The notes beneath the pieces were generated by a model. It had not been told where the DNA came from, did no database searches, and was given only the letters and a program-made list of their open reading frames with translations. DNA of 64,000 nt from a virus (lineage: Duplodnaviria; Caudoviricetes): the IMG/VR virus record IMGVR_UViG_3300043021_000113; one strand, written 5' to 3'. The position numbers were made by a program, and so were the translations under genes. Of this stretch, positions 43,071 through 53,218 are shown piece after piece; position 1 is the first letter of the stretch; every line of letters begins with the position of its first letter.

Positions 43071-43472
43071 CTATTCTTTGGCTTTTTGATTTTTTAATAA
43101 TTCATAAAATGCTTTTTTATCAAGCATTACAAATTCGCCCATTGAGACGCATTTTTGTTCTTTTTTTACTTGTGACTTCCAAAAAATAGCAAGTGGCTTA
43201 TCTTTTATTTTACAGGCTGCTTGTAGCTTTGCCGGATTTGGGCAATTTTGGGTACATTTCACTTGAATCAGAAAATTTAAAATATTTTCACGATCTACTA
43301 CATCAACTCCTGCATCATCTAAACGTTTACTTTCAGATCTAGCAGAAACTAAAGAATTAGTATTGTATAGTTCGTTAAGCTCTTTTATAATTTGCAATTC
43401 ATAACGATTCCCCTTTTTTTTCGAATAAGCACCCCTAAATGTTTTTTTATTTTCATTTTTTAATTCAGCCAT
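43071..43472 (-). CDS. Holliday junction resolvase-like PD-(D/E)XK nuclease
   Basis: KKGNRYE, GVDVV and IQVK motifs. Confidence 0.75.
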   Translation of the reverse strand: MAELKNENKKTFRGAYSKKKGNRYELQIIKELNELYNTNSLVSARSESKRLDDAGVDVVDRENILNFLIQVKCTQNCPNPAKLQAACKIKDKPLAIFWKSQVKKEQKCVSMGEFVMLDKKAFYELLKNQKAKE

Positions 43473-44487
43473 TCAACCATTTTTTAAGTGTAAATTCTAC
43501 TTTATCTTTGCCATATAGTTTTACAGCGTCACTAATATCTTTTACTTTATATTTGCGAGGAATCCACATGAACTCAAGCTCTGAGTATTTTTTCTTTATA
43601 TGTCGCATATTCCCGATGCCTACAAGATCATTATCAAAAAAAACAATTATTCTTTTAAAACGCCCTTTAATTGTCTTTAACTGGTTTTCATGCATAAAAA
43701 GAGTTTCTGAACAAGGCGCAATAGCTGGAAACCCCATTTCATATAAAACCATAACGTCTTTTAAACTTTTAGTTATAAATAAAACTTCCCCAGTCTTGGG
43801 TAACATGTGGGAACCTTGCATCATATATTTTGTCCAATTACTAATAAATTTGAATTTTTTTTGTCCTGGTCTGTAAATACGCCATAACTCTTCACCATCT
43901 TTCTTTCCTCCATAATAACCATACATGTTACAAGATAATTGAAAGTTAGCAAATAAAGCATTATTTAAAAATACATTTTTACATGAAAAAACCCTAAATT
44001 TATTTAAAGTTTCTTTTGTTATTCCTTGACTTTTCCACCAACGCAATTGATAAGGTGTGAATTCTTGAACCTCAACATTTATTTTCGCTCGTTCTGTCTT
44101 TTCTAAAATTTTATTTGAATAACTAATTTTTGGCGGATTTTTCTTGTGGTTCTTATATTCAACTAAGCCAAAGTCATTTGCAATTATTTTTAATGCTTCA
44201 ACAAATGTTACTTTGTATTTTTCCATTACAACACTAATGAAATTTCCACAGAAACCATTTCCAAAATCTTTCATTAGTAATTCTCCACGGTTATTCTTAT
44301 AGAACGAACACGTAGGAGTTCGGTCTGATCTTAAAGGAGATTTAAACAAACCTTTTCCTACGTGTACGCCTAAATAATGTTCCATGTACTTTTCTTGGCT
44401 ATGCTTTGAAAGTAAAAATTCTTTTGTTATGCGTTCTGCATATACTGGTATAGCGTCTTTCGGTAATTCAAAGCTTAGCTCCGTCAT
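43465..44487 (-). CDS. dnaG: DNA primase (degenerate Zn-finger plus Toprim)
   Basis: SPLRSD..PTC...KDFG; ITKSLKDV, FFDNDLVG and KDISD motifs. Confidence 0.82.
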   Translation of the reverse strand: MTELSFELPKDAIPVYAERITKEFLLSKHSQEKYMEHYLGVHVGKGLFKSPLRSDRTPTCSFYKNNRGELLMKDFGNGFCGNFISVVMEKYKVTFVEALKIIANDFGLVEYKNHKKNPPKISYSNKILEKTERAKINVEVQEFTPYQLRWWKSQGITKETLNKFRVFSCKNVFLNNALFANFQLSCNMYGYYGGKKDGEELWRIYRPGQKKFKFISNWTKYMMQGSHMLPKTGEVLFITKSLKDVMVLYEMGFPAIAPCSETLFMHENQLKTIKGRFKRIIVFFDNDLVGIGNMRHIKKKYSELEFMWIPRKYKVKDISDAVKLYGKDKVEFTLKKWLNG

Positions 44488-44499
44488 GTTTATTTAAAA

Positions 44500-45216
44500 T
44501 TATAGTTCAAAATCCATGTCAATGTCTGATTCTGCAATTGGAGCTGTAGTTTCTGGATCTTCAATTGATAATGAATCAGAGTCTAAATTTGGCATGGTTG
44601 TTGGTTTTGCTGCTTGTTGAACAGCAATTGTTACCATTTCTTTATCAGTAAATTTCAATCCTTGTCCAATAAAATTGCTTCTCATAAAGCAAGAACCGGA
44701 TTTTGTATATCCAACAGGAAAACTTGGAAAAGATGCATAACCCTTGTTATTTGCTACTAGTTTAATTTGAGTTTTTGTATCAATTGCACTATTTACAATT
44801 TGTGCGATATATTTTGCATATTGTATAAAAACAGAATCTTTGCTTTTCGCAGGTGTAAATGGAGCTATTTTTCCAGTCTCCATATCTTTTACTAATTGAG
44901 GATTTACGCCAACCATTAAATGTTTAACGAACATTTGGAAACATTCAAATTTTGACGGATTTTTACCACCAAAGCTGTTAGCTTGTGGTTCCATATCTTT
45001 TGGATTGTTTACATCAAAGCCGAATTCTTTATGTTCAAAGCTTTTCCCATCTTCACTTTCAAATTTAACAACTAAAGCTTCGTAAGTCTCCGTTTTCTTT
45101 GCTTCTGCACCCTTAAATAGTACATCATGAATTTTGTTTTTCTCAAGATAATTACCGCCATTGCCGCTATTTACTGAATAGTTATTACCTGTTAAATTGA
45201 AATTAAAATTTGCCAT
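44500..45216 (-). CDS. Putative single-stranded DNA-binding protein
   Basis: Acidic tail (ESDIDMDFEL); lies between the AAA ATPase and the primase. Confidence 0.55.
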   Translation of the reverse strand: MANFNFNLTGNNYSVNSGNGGNYLEKNKIHDVLFKGAEAKKTETYEALVVKFESEDGKSFEHKEFGFDVNNPKDMEPQANSFGGKNPSKFECFQMFVKHLMVGVNPQLVKDMETGKIAPFTPAKSKDSVFIQYAKYIAQIVNSAIDTKTQIKLVANNKGYASFPSFPVGYTKSGSCFMRSNFIGQGLKFTDKEMVTIAVQQAAKPTTMPNLDSDSLSIEDPETTAPIAESDIDMDFEL

Positions 45217-45291
45217 CTTATAAAAAATTAAAATCTAAATTAATAATAAAAATTAAAATCTGTTGTTTTCAAGGTATTTTAAACACTACAA

Positions 45292-45819
45292 TTATAAATC
45301 TAAATTGAAATCAAAAGTTATTATTTCTTCTTCTTCTTTTTTATCTAAAGCTTCCGTTAAATTTTCTGTTTCTTCAACGTCTGCTTCAGTAAGCATTTTT
45401 ACATCAGAATTTCCAATTAATTTGTAAATCATCTTTTCGTGTAATTCAAGCTTGAATTCGTCACCATATATTTTTAACGCTTCAGCTTGTTTGCCTCTAT
45501 AACTAATGGTAAGTTTTTTCGTTAATTTATTACCATTGAGGCTTTGTCCCATGTTTTGTTCTGTTCCTATAACTGGAACGAAAACATCGTTAATTTGAAT
45601 GTATTGCACGCAAATCTTATCGCCTACTTTTGCGCCTATAAGATCTACGGCAGCTTGGTTTAACTCTAAAGAGTTATTGACTAACTTGACGAAAGCTGTT
45701 GAAGGATCACTTGTTTTTTCTACTTTAGGAATAATTCCATTTATTACTTCAAACTTCTTTGTTGTACTTATTAGCACTCCATTTTCGTCAAAAATTTCAG
45801 TTGTTACTATTTGATACAT
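45292..45819 (-). CDS. Hypothetical protein with acidic tail
   Basis: ORF track. Confidence 0.65.
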   Translation of the reverse strand: MYQIVTTEIFDENGVLISTTKKFEVINGIIPKVEKTSDPSTAFVKLVNNSLELNQAAVDLIGAKVGDKICVQYIQINDVFVPVIGTEQNMGQSLNGNKLTKKLTISYRGKQAEALKIYGDEFKLELHEKMIYKLIGNSDVKMLTEADVEETENLTEALDKKEEEEIITFDFNLDL

Positions 45820-45831
45820 AATAATTTATAT

Positions 45832-46519
45832 TTAATTATTTTTCAAACTTGGAAACACCCTCGACCAGTGACTGATAAATTCTCCATCTTCTGTTCTTTC
45901 ACAAACAGTAATTACTTTATTTGCCAAATGTTTTGGTCTTGCTCCACACTCTACAGCATCACTTCTAAAATCAATAACAAGATTGCTGTTTTCATCTCTA
46001 AAAATATAGCCTATCGCGTCTGATTGACTAGCAAAATATCTTTTAGCTTGACCTGCTAAATCTAATGATTTTGTAATATCAGTTGCTGTCTCTGTTTCAA
46101 TTTGAGTTAATTTAACATGACCAACAATAATTACATTTTCACAAACACTAGCAAATAACTTAATAACCTTGCTCATAGCTTCTTTTACTAATGTAAAACC
46201 TTTTCCAAATGGCAACAAATCAAGGTTAATGTCCTTTTCGCTTTTTCCTTGAAGTTTTAATTTTGCCAAATACTTTTCGCCATCTTCTGTAATTAAAAAA
46301 TCTTTAATTGCCAAAGGTCTTACCATTTCAGCCAATGCTGTTATCGTATCAAGAACAATAAACTTATAAGGATTGCCAGCATCTTTAATTGCTTTTACTA
46401 ATTCTTGAATTTCTTTAATAGAATTGATTGAAACTTTACATGCTGAAATGAACGTACTGCCTTGTTCCATATCCACGAGCAGCGAGTTGGGTAATTCTGC
46501 CAATAATGTTGTCTTGCCG
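45832..46519 (-). CDS. Sak4/AAA_24-like ATPase, exon 2 (spliced 256 aa)
   Basis: GKTT, VDMEQGS, IVLDTIT, IIVGH and DAIGYI motifs. Confidence 0.8.
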
Positions 46520-46817
46520 CAATTTGTTATCATTAGAGCTTTTTATCTCTAATTTCTGGCGGTTTCCCGCTTACTTGGTCCAACATTTAAAACCAAGATA
46601 TTCAGATTTAATCTGACAGTTCAGCGTACATCACACCCTATAATATAGGGGCTGGAGACTCTTGGAGGGATTATTGAACGTTAACCTCACCCTCTACGCG
46701 TTACAAGGGCCTATACGTTTTAGGTCCTCACGATATTGTCATGCGCTAATTTTAGCGTTTAGATTCTTTCGTTTTTCCCCAGTTTCATATATACATTACT
46801 GTATATATGGGCCGTTG
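46520..46817 (-). ncRNA. Group I intron (298 nt, no ORF) in the Walker A motif
   Basis: P1 GGTC/GGCC with U.G pair; variant P7 GCGTA/TACGC; terminal G; splice gives GSPKVGKTT. Confidence 0.82.
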
Positions 46818-46900
46818 ACCTTTGGCGAACCGAATAAAATTAAATTCTTTGGATCCTGTGTTTCTGCTGCTACTTTTCCTTTAGGTAATGTTATAGCCAT
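46818..46900 (-). CDS. Sak4/AAA_24-like ATPase, exon 1
   Basis: MAITLPKGKVAAETQDPKNLILFGSPKV. Confidence 0.8.
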
Positions 46901-46911
46901 AAATTATACTT

Positions 46912-47997
46912 TTATAATGTAAAACTAAAATCTATCTTTACTTCCTCTTTTTTTTCTTCCTTTAGACTGGAAGTTTTAAGGTTAATTAGCTTTTCGTAAT
47001 CGTCTATGTCTTCTGGTTCTGGGCATTCTTTAAAATAATTTATATTTCCCCAGAAATTTACAACAACATTTTTATCTGATTTTCCAAATCTTGATTTTAA
47101 AATTTGAATTATTCTTACATTATCAGACATTGCTTTAAAGTTGTAACCATCAAGTTTATTTAATTTTTCTCTATGTGGATTATAAACTCCAATTACAAGT
47201 TCTGAAGCTTGAGCTGGACCTGATGAATCACTCATATCTTCAAGACCTAATAATTGATAACTACCACTTCCAGACATTCTACGATCCATTGATTTAAAGC
47301 CTCTATTTGCTTGTTGAATCATAATAAATGTATTTTGACATTTATTTCTATAATAAATAGCAATGTTTGCTTCATCATCAATAGTTGCTTTAGATCCTTT
47401 TCCGTTATCTTTAGCTAATTTTACATGATCTATAATAACAAAATTGTATGATTCTTTATCTTTAAGAATGTAAGCTTCTTGATCATTTTCCATATCCACA
47501 AATCGTCCAAATTTAGAATTCCAATTTCTAATTGTTAAATCCATTTGCATTGGAACAATTGGAGTATCAACTATTGTTAATCTTTGTTCTATTGTTTCTA
47601 ACCAACTTTTAGCATCACAAACTATTTTGTATTTTTCATCATCTATTGCTTTAGTTAAACTTAAGACTTCATCATAAGATATAATTTCACCATATTCTTC
47701 GTAAATATAAATAGTAAGTAATTTTGCTAATAAAACTTCATCTGATAATTCAAAACTGAAATATAAAATATTAACATTAACGTTATTATTTATATATTCC
47801 ATTAATGGCTTATAAACATAAGAAAACAAAGCTTTTGAACTTTTACCACATCCACTATCACCAAAAATAGTGATGACATATCCACGTTGAATGCCATAAG
47901 TTAAAGCATCCAATTTAGGAATTCCAGTTGATAATCCAACATTTTTTCCTTGTTTACCTTTAACAATATTTTTGTAAAGTCTGTCTGTAATACTCAT
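46912..47997 (-). CDS. dnaB: DnaB-like replicative helicase
   Basis: STGIPKLD, GDSGCGKS, YFSFEL, IIDH, QQANR and LKSRFG motifs. Confidence 0.85.
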   Translation of the reverse strand: MSITDRLYKNIVKGKQGKNVGLSTGIPKLDALTYGIQRGYVITIFGDSGCGKSSKALFSYVYKPLMEYINNNVNVNILYFSFELSDEVLLAKLLTIYIYEEYGEIISYDEVLSLTKAIDDEKYKIVCDAKSWLETIEQRLTIVDTPIVPMQMDLTIRNWNSKFGRFVDMENDQEAYILKDKESYNFVIIDHVKLAKDNGKGSKATIDDEANIAIYYRNKCQNTFIMIQQANRGFKSMDRRMSGSGSYQLLGLEDMSDSSGPAQASELVIGVYNPHREKLNKLDGYNFKAMSDNVRIIQILKSRFGKSDKNVVVNFWGNINYFKECPEPEDIDDYEKLINLKTSSLKEEKKEEVKIDFSFTL

Positions 47998-48605
47998 TAC
48001 TCAAAAGTAATTTCTACGCCATAATCTAGCGCTCCATTTTCAAATTCATGCTTTAATATATCCCATCTTTGATTTCCAACATAACTTAATATTCCTTCAT
48101 TTAACATTCCTGCTTTATTGGCTTTTTCTGTTATTTCTAAAACTTCTTTGTGCTTTTCTGGATCAAATTTTATTGATTTACCATAAGCAAAGAAAAATTC
48201 ATCTAAGTTTCTATACCCTACATTTTCTTTGATAATATTTTTCAAGCTCATTGCTCTTCCATTTATTATCATAAAACTTGGGTAAGCTTCCCAAAGTTCT
48301 TTTCCCATTTGTCCAGAATGTTTCAAAAATATTTTAAGAAAAGTTTTGTTAAATTCTACGGAATTAGGACTAAATCTTGCACCTTCTACTGGGATAATAA
48401 AAGACTTTAAAATAACCTCTTTATTTTTAAGACCTATTAAAGAATTTTTGAATATTTCGTGACCATGTATTTTATACCATGTCATCAAATATTTTGGATT
48501 TGCTTCTTCATCTTGAGCCATAAAAATTGCTACGGCCAAGTCAATCTCATTGCTTGTTAAACCGTAATGTTGCATTAATTCAATTTTTCTTTCTATTGTT
48601 AGCAT
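47997..48605 (-). CDS. Replication-associated protein (possible initiator or helicase loader)
   Basis: ELWEAYP motif; coupled to the DnaB-like gene. Confidence 0.5.
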   Translation of the reverse strand: MLTIERKIELMQHYGLTSNEIDLAVAIFMAQDEEANPKYLMTWYKIHGHEIFKNSLIGLKNKEVILKSFIIPVEGARFSPNSVEFNKTFLKIFLKHSGQMGKELWEAYPSFMIINGRAMSLKNIIKENVGYRNLDEFFFAYGKSIKFDPEKHKEVLEITEKANKAGMLNEGILSYVGNQRWDILKHEFENGALDYGVEITFE

Positions 48606-48698
48606 TTCTTCATTTTATTTGAGCGTTAATCCGCACCAACGGTTTATTCAGCTTTATTGCGTGTTTAGCGTTGGCTAAAATGCAGAAAATGTATTTAT

Positions 48699-48906
48699 TT
48701 AACCTAAATATAAATTACCTGAATTGTCCCTTTCTCTATTATCTATTGATCCTTGACTTAAAACTATTTCTAAGTCTTCTTCATCAATTGTTATATAATT
48801 TGTATTACGACTTGCGTCATTATACCATTTTTCATCATTAGTTCCTCTAATTACTAAAGAAAAAATTTCAGAAATTTTGCCAGGAACATACCTGGCTGCT
48901 CTTCCT
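48699..48906 (-). CDS. SF2 helicase, last exon
   Basis: After splicing reads QRVGRAARYVPGK (motif VI) through YLG*. Confidence 0.8.
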
Positions 48907-49109
48907 CGTTATGTTAATGAATAATCGCTACTTATTCACCAAGTATTAAAATACTTGCTATATGTTACCATATAGACCAGACTATCTCTTCATTTTTCAA
49001 TGTCTCCTGTTTCGGATTGCTTAATCCTACGCCTTACGGCTAGTCGTTACACCTTCTTATTTCTAAGCTTGGCTCGGTATTCTGCTTGTATTTACCGAAT
49101 TAAAGAGAT

Positions 49110-49862
49110 TTAAAGAGAGCCACGTTTTAATTTATACTCTAACTTCCAGATAAAACCTTTACATGTTTTTTGACCACCAGTAGCTGCAGCTGCAATTTGA
49201 CCACCTTTTGATTTTTCATCAACTACTTTGCTTGCTTCTTTGTATGAATCATATTCAGCAATTTTGTTACCTTTCATATCATATTGTACAACATTACAAA
49301 AATACAAGCTATTTTTGTTAATATCGGATATATCACCCAATTGATCTCCTTTATATCTCCAAATGTAGCCGTGAGCATGTTTTCTTTTACCCTTACAGCA
49401 CATTGTAATTTTACTTCCTGATGATAAACCTTCTGCTCTTACTGCATCTTCTGTTATTGGATATTCTGCAATTTTTTCACCAAAAATGTTATACTGAACA
49501 ACAGCTTTGATATTTTTTCTTTTAAGAACTACTTCTCGATCATATACTCTAAACCCCATATGATCTCCACCAGCAGTTCCATTAGTTAATCTATACTGAT
49601 CCTTATATTTTGCAATATAATCTACTTCAGCTTCTTTAGCTTCTTCTATTGTGTCAAATTCATCTATCTGTTCTATTTTCGGGATTAACCCACCTTTTTG
49701 AAGATGTTTAATCCATGCTATTTTATGATAGTTTAAATCTGGACGTGCTATTACGTCTCTTAAATGACCTCTGAGGCGTTGTTCTAGAGTTCTTGTTGTT
49801 ATTCCAACATATCTGATCTCATCAGTTGTTGGATCTTTTAATACGTATACTTTGCATTTCAT
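49110..49862 (-). CDS. Intron-encoded GIY-YIG homing endonuclease with NUMOD1-type repeats
   Basis: VYVL...YVGIT...RL..H...E...LTN...GGD; two VVQY...G.KIAEY...G(Y/F)IW repeats. Confidence 0.88.
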   Translation of the reverse strand: MKCKVYVLKDPTTDEIRYVGITTRTLEQRLRGHLRDVIARPDLNYHKIAWIKHLQKGGLIPKIEQIDEFDTIEEAKEAEVDYIAKYKDQYRLTNGTAGGDHMGFRVYDREVVLKRKNIKAVVQYNIFGEKIAEYPITEDAVRAEGLSSGSKITMCCKGKRKHAHGYIWRYKGDQLGDISDINKNSLYFCNVVQYDMKGNKIAEYDSYKEASKVVDEKSKGGQIAAAATGGQKTCKGFIWKLEYKLKRGSL

Positions 49863-49870
49863 AATGAATG

Positions 49871-49902
49871 CAAAGATACGGAATAATATTTAAACTACCA
49901 AG
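49871..49902 (-). promoter_or_regulatory. Intron-internal promoter for the GIY-YIG gene
   Basis: CTTG-N20-TATCTTTG; shares TTGGTAGTT with the promoter at 39639. Confidence 0.7.
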
Positions 49903-49929
49903 TCGTTGTATAATTAAAACCAAGCATTA

Positions 49930-50995
49930 ACCCTCTGTGTTTTCTGTATGTTAGAACTATTACCACTTAAAATTATTGCTAAATTAACATCTGGAACATC
50001 AAGTCCAACATCTATAGCTTTACTTGAATTTAACACACCTTTTTTACATGCTTTGAATTCTTCCATAATTTCTCCACGCTTTTTCTTAGTATGTTTACTA
50101 TGGAATGTATAGCCTCGTTGTATTTTTTCTGCTTCTTCTATTGTATGGCTAAATGTAATAGCCTTAGCATTAGGTCTAGCATCTAAAATCTTTTGTGCTA
50201 TTTCAATTTTCTTAGGGTGTTTAGTTACAAATTCTTTTCGTTTTCTCATCGCATAACTCCAAGAATAAGCAATAGCTCTTAATTCTTCATTTATAGTGTG
50301 TATAGTTGCTTTATAATCTTTATGCTCTTTAGGATAAGCACAAAGTTTTTTTGCATATTCTAATCTATATATATAAGATTTAGGCCCTATACTACATTTC
50401 ATGGCCAAATTAAAATCAAAATTAAATGTTGCAAAACTTTTTAAAAATTCTGCATTCCATTTATTATACTCTATCATATCAACATTTAAAAGTACTTTAT
50501 ATTCTCTAACAGGTGATAACCACCCATTATTTACAGCTTCATTAAATGTTATTATATCACAAACTGGAGCATATTTTTTAATTAAAATTTCTTTACCATC
50601 TAATCTTTCTAATGTAGCAGTAAGACATAAAATCAATTTATATTTAACACACTTAAAAATTGTAGAAAACATATTAGAACATACAGCGTGGGCTTCATCT
50701 ATTATCAATAAATCCACGATATGCTCATCTTTAATAATCGTATTAACAATTTTAACAGTTACACTTTTAACTAAATTATTTTTAATGACCATATCTTGCC
50801 ATTGTTTCTGTAATTCATCAGTTGGTACAGAAACAAGAACACTAAGATTTGGATTTTTAGTAAGTAAAGCATCTATTAATAATTTTGCAGTATGTGTTTT
50901 ACCTAACCAAAGCCGGTACTGTAGACACACGTAGCTCTACCTCCGGCTTTTTTCCATTTTCTTATTCCTTCTTTTTGCCGTTCTGTTCTATCCAT
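49930..50995 (-). CDS. SF2 (DEAH) helicase, first exon, with a 5-nt interruption at Walker A
   Basis: MDRTERQKEG...STGFG* then GKT in another frame; IIDEAH, LTAT and DVGLDVP motifs. Confidence 0.75.
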
Positions 50996-51003
50996 AAATT
51001 AAG

Positions 51004-51417
51004 TTATTTTTTTACTTTTTTTTGTTCAATTAATTTTTGAATTTTTAATTTGTAAATTGAAAGTTCAATATCTTCTGGGTTCGGGCTTACACCGTAAATT
51101 TCTATTGGTTCATCATTTTCAAGAATTGTATTATTGCTATTACTATAATAAAAATCTATATATTTATATATAGAAGCAGGAATAGCTGTTAAATTCTCCA
51201 AACTCTGCCAACAGTAATTCGCATTTTCAAGAGTTTTCACTCTATTTATAAATAAACTTGGGTTTTTTTCTAATTGACGCTTTAATACATCTTCAATTTT
51301 TACGTCACTATCTAGTACATGACCAGCTACTAGATCAATAATTGGTGCTGGTATTATTCTAACGTTAATCCTCGATATTTCGCTACTGCGTCGATCTGTC
51401 TCATTCTTTCTTCCCAT
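51004..51417 (-). CDS. Hypothetical protein (start uncertain)
   Basis: ORF track. Confidence 0.5.
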   Translation of the reverse strand: MGRKNETDRRSSEISRINVRIIPAPIIDLVAGHVLDSDVKIEDVLKRQLEKNPSLFINRVKTLENANYCWQSLENLTAIPASIYKYIDFYYSNSNNTILENDEPIEIYGVSPNPEDIELSIYKLKIQKLIEQKKVKK

Positions 51418-52184
51418 TGCTTAATATGATTTGAAACTTCTTTTTTAAGGTTAAGTAATATTCTTTCTCTAAGAACCGTTAATTGTTCATCGGTCATCTC
51501 AGAATATTTTTTATTTTTTATTGTAACAATGGCTTTTAGTGCTTGATATGGCACACCTTGTGAACTAATTTTTAATTCTGTATCTTTATATATCCCTAAT
51601 TTTTCTTTTGCTACTTCTAGTGGTTCTTTTCCTTCTTCTTTGAGTTCTTCTAAATCTAATTTAGAAAACCAAATTCCTTTTTTAATAATAAACTTTAGTG
51701 GAGTATGCCTTTTTGAATGAGTACCTAATGCATCCAAACAACCTGCAATTACTAAATTAAGTGGTAAATTTTCAAATTCTACCGGGCAACCTTTGGTTAC
51801 ATCTGAAATTTTAAGAGTCTTTGGATCTACTCCAGAATTTTTGATTTCTTCTTGGAGTTTTTCATATAATGTATATCTTGGAATTCTGTTTTCTGAGTTT
51901 TCAAGACTTCTTAAAAATAATTCTACAGCACATCTGTTGATTTGATCATTTGCTATATCTAAAACTAAATATCGTCCAGGATCTGTTTTTGACGTATTAA
52001 ACAACATTGTTTTGCAATAATTGTTAAACGTGACTAACTGTTCTTGCGAAGCATCAATAAGCTTTATTTTTTCTTGTGTTATTACACCATCAACTTTTAT
52101 TTTTTTACCTTTCCAATAATATTTGGAAATTTCCATTTCAGCTTTTTTATTATCCAATGCTTCTTTCAATCTTTCTTTCAACAT
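51354..52184 (-). CDS. Hypothetical protein
   Basis: 276-aa ORF. Confidence 0.7.
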   Translation of the reverse strand: MLKERLKEALDNKKAEMEISKYYWKGKKIKVDGVITQEKIKLIDASQEQLVTFNNYCKTMLFNTSKTDPGRYLVLDIANDQINRCAVELFLRSLENSENRIPRYTLYEKLQEEIKNSGVDPKTLKISDVTKGCPVEFENLPLNLVIAGCLDALGTHSKRHTPLKFIIKKGIWFSKLDLEELKEEGKEPLEVAKEKLGIYKDTELKISSQGVPYQALKAIVTIKNKKYSEMTDEQLTVLRERILLNLKKEVSNHIKQWEERMRQIDAVAKYRGLTLE

Positions 52185-52503
52185 CTTCTAAAGTGTTAAT
52201 TATCCTTTTAATAATCTTATCTAGCGTTTCATTATCTATTTTGTTTTTTACTTCGTAATCGTCATTCCAAGGAATCGTTTTTATATTATTAATTTTTACG
52301 TAACTATCCTTGCTTAACTTTGGGTGTGTAATAGGAATTAGATTTTCACTTCCTAAAGAGTTATTGCTTGTTATAGGTAAAACAAGCCAATTATAAGGCA
52401 CACCTGCCTTATTACAAAAAACTTTAACGCATACATACGGTCTCCGTTTTTCGTTTTCTTGAATAAAAATTAAACTACCTTCTTTTGCATTATATAGCTG
52501 CAT
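52150..52503 (-). CDS. PemK/MazF-like endoribonuclease
   Basis: EKRRPYVCV...VLPITS...SYVKINNIKTI pattern and size. Confidence 0.7.
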   Translation of the reverse strand: MQLYNAKEGSLIFIQENEKRRPYVCVKVFCNKAGVPYNWLVLPITSNNSLGSENLIPITHPKLSKDSYVKINNIKTIPWNDDYEVKNKIDNETLDKIIKRIINTLEDVERKIERSIG

Positions 52504-52813
52504 AAATTAAGAAATTTCCATCGTCAAGATCTTTCGAACTTCTCAGTTTCTCAAGTTCTAGATAGACGGCTGCTCGTTGTTTAAAACAAGCGGTTTTACT
52601 TAATAATGGCAACTGATAATTTGAATTTGGAGTTCTTCTTATATTTAAAATTGTTGGGTTATTGTTTTTTATATTAAAAGTTATTACCCTATTTTTAAAT
52701 ACCACATGATATAAATTATTTCCAGTTTGAATAACAGTTCCTGACTCAAAGATCATTTGCCATTCACTATCTGATACCAAGCATTCTGCTTGATATTTTC
52801 TTAAATCAAACAT
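52490..52813 (-). CDS. Hypothetical protein
   Basis: ORF track; overlaps the MazF-like start. Confidence 0.6.
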   Translation of the reverse strand: MFDLRKYQAECLVSDSEWQMIFESGTVIQTGNNLYHVVFKNRVITFNIKNNNPTILNIRRTPNSNYQLPLLSKTACFKQRAAVYLELEKLRSSKDLDDGNFLIYAAI

Positions 52814-52826
52814 ATCTTTTAAATTT

Positions 52827-53132
52827 TTACATTATTATTTCATCTTCTGGTCCTTTTGTTTCTTTTATGAATTTTCGAAATGCAATATAAGTATTTTTGT
52901 ATAAATCAGTTTTTCCTGATTTGTAATATTCAGATTTTCCCGCTATTACATATTCAACCTCTATATACCCAGTAGCTCCTTTTTGTGGCAAACACCATTG
53001 CCACCTTGGAAATCTGGTTGTAATGTAAATTTGGTTTGTTTCTAAATCTTTAAATACTAAATAGCTATATTCTGTGGAATAAACACTTTCTAAAACTTCA
53101 CAATGAAAAAACATTAAACCTGGTTGTAACAT
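52827..53132 (-). CDS. Hypothetical protein
   Basis: ORF track. Confidence 0.65.
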   Translation of the reverse strand: MLQPGLMFFHCEVLESVYSTEYSYLVFKDLETNQIYITTRFPRWQWCLPQKGATGYIEVEYVIAGKSEYYKSGKTDLYKNTYIAFRKFIKETKGPEDEIIM

Positions 53133-53218
53133 ATTAAATAAAATTTTAACATTTTAAAATTTCATCTAATACTTATTAATTTTTAACGGCCGGTAAGTAA
53201 GTCAAATCAGCCGCGGAT

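Larger units (their letters stand above)
48907..49929 (-). mobile_element. Group I intron (1023 nt) carrying a GIY-YIG homing endonuclease gene
   Basis: Exon ends GT; P7 ACGACTA and GAGATAGTC; terminal G; splice restores QRxGRxxR. Confidence 0.86.

Noticed and set aside
43465-44487. Primase apparently lacking the Toprim Glu (ITKS) and Zn ligands
   Set aside because: As I recall, this variant is usual for crAss-like primases, so it is not evidence of inactivation.
46662-46922. 86-aa plus-strand ORF
   Set aside because: Antisense to the intron core and ATPase exon 1.
53186-53217. GC-rich hairpin after ferritin (CGGC..GCCG)
   Set aside because: Short imperfect stem without a clear U-tract; not enough to call.
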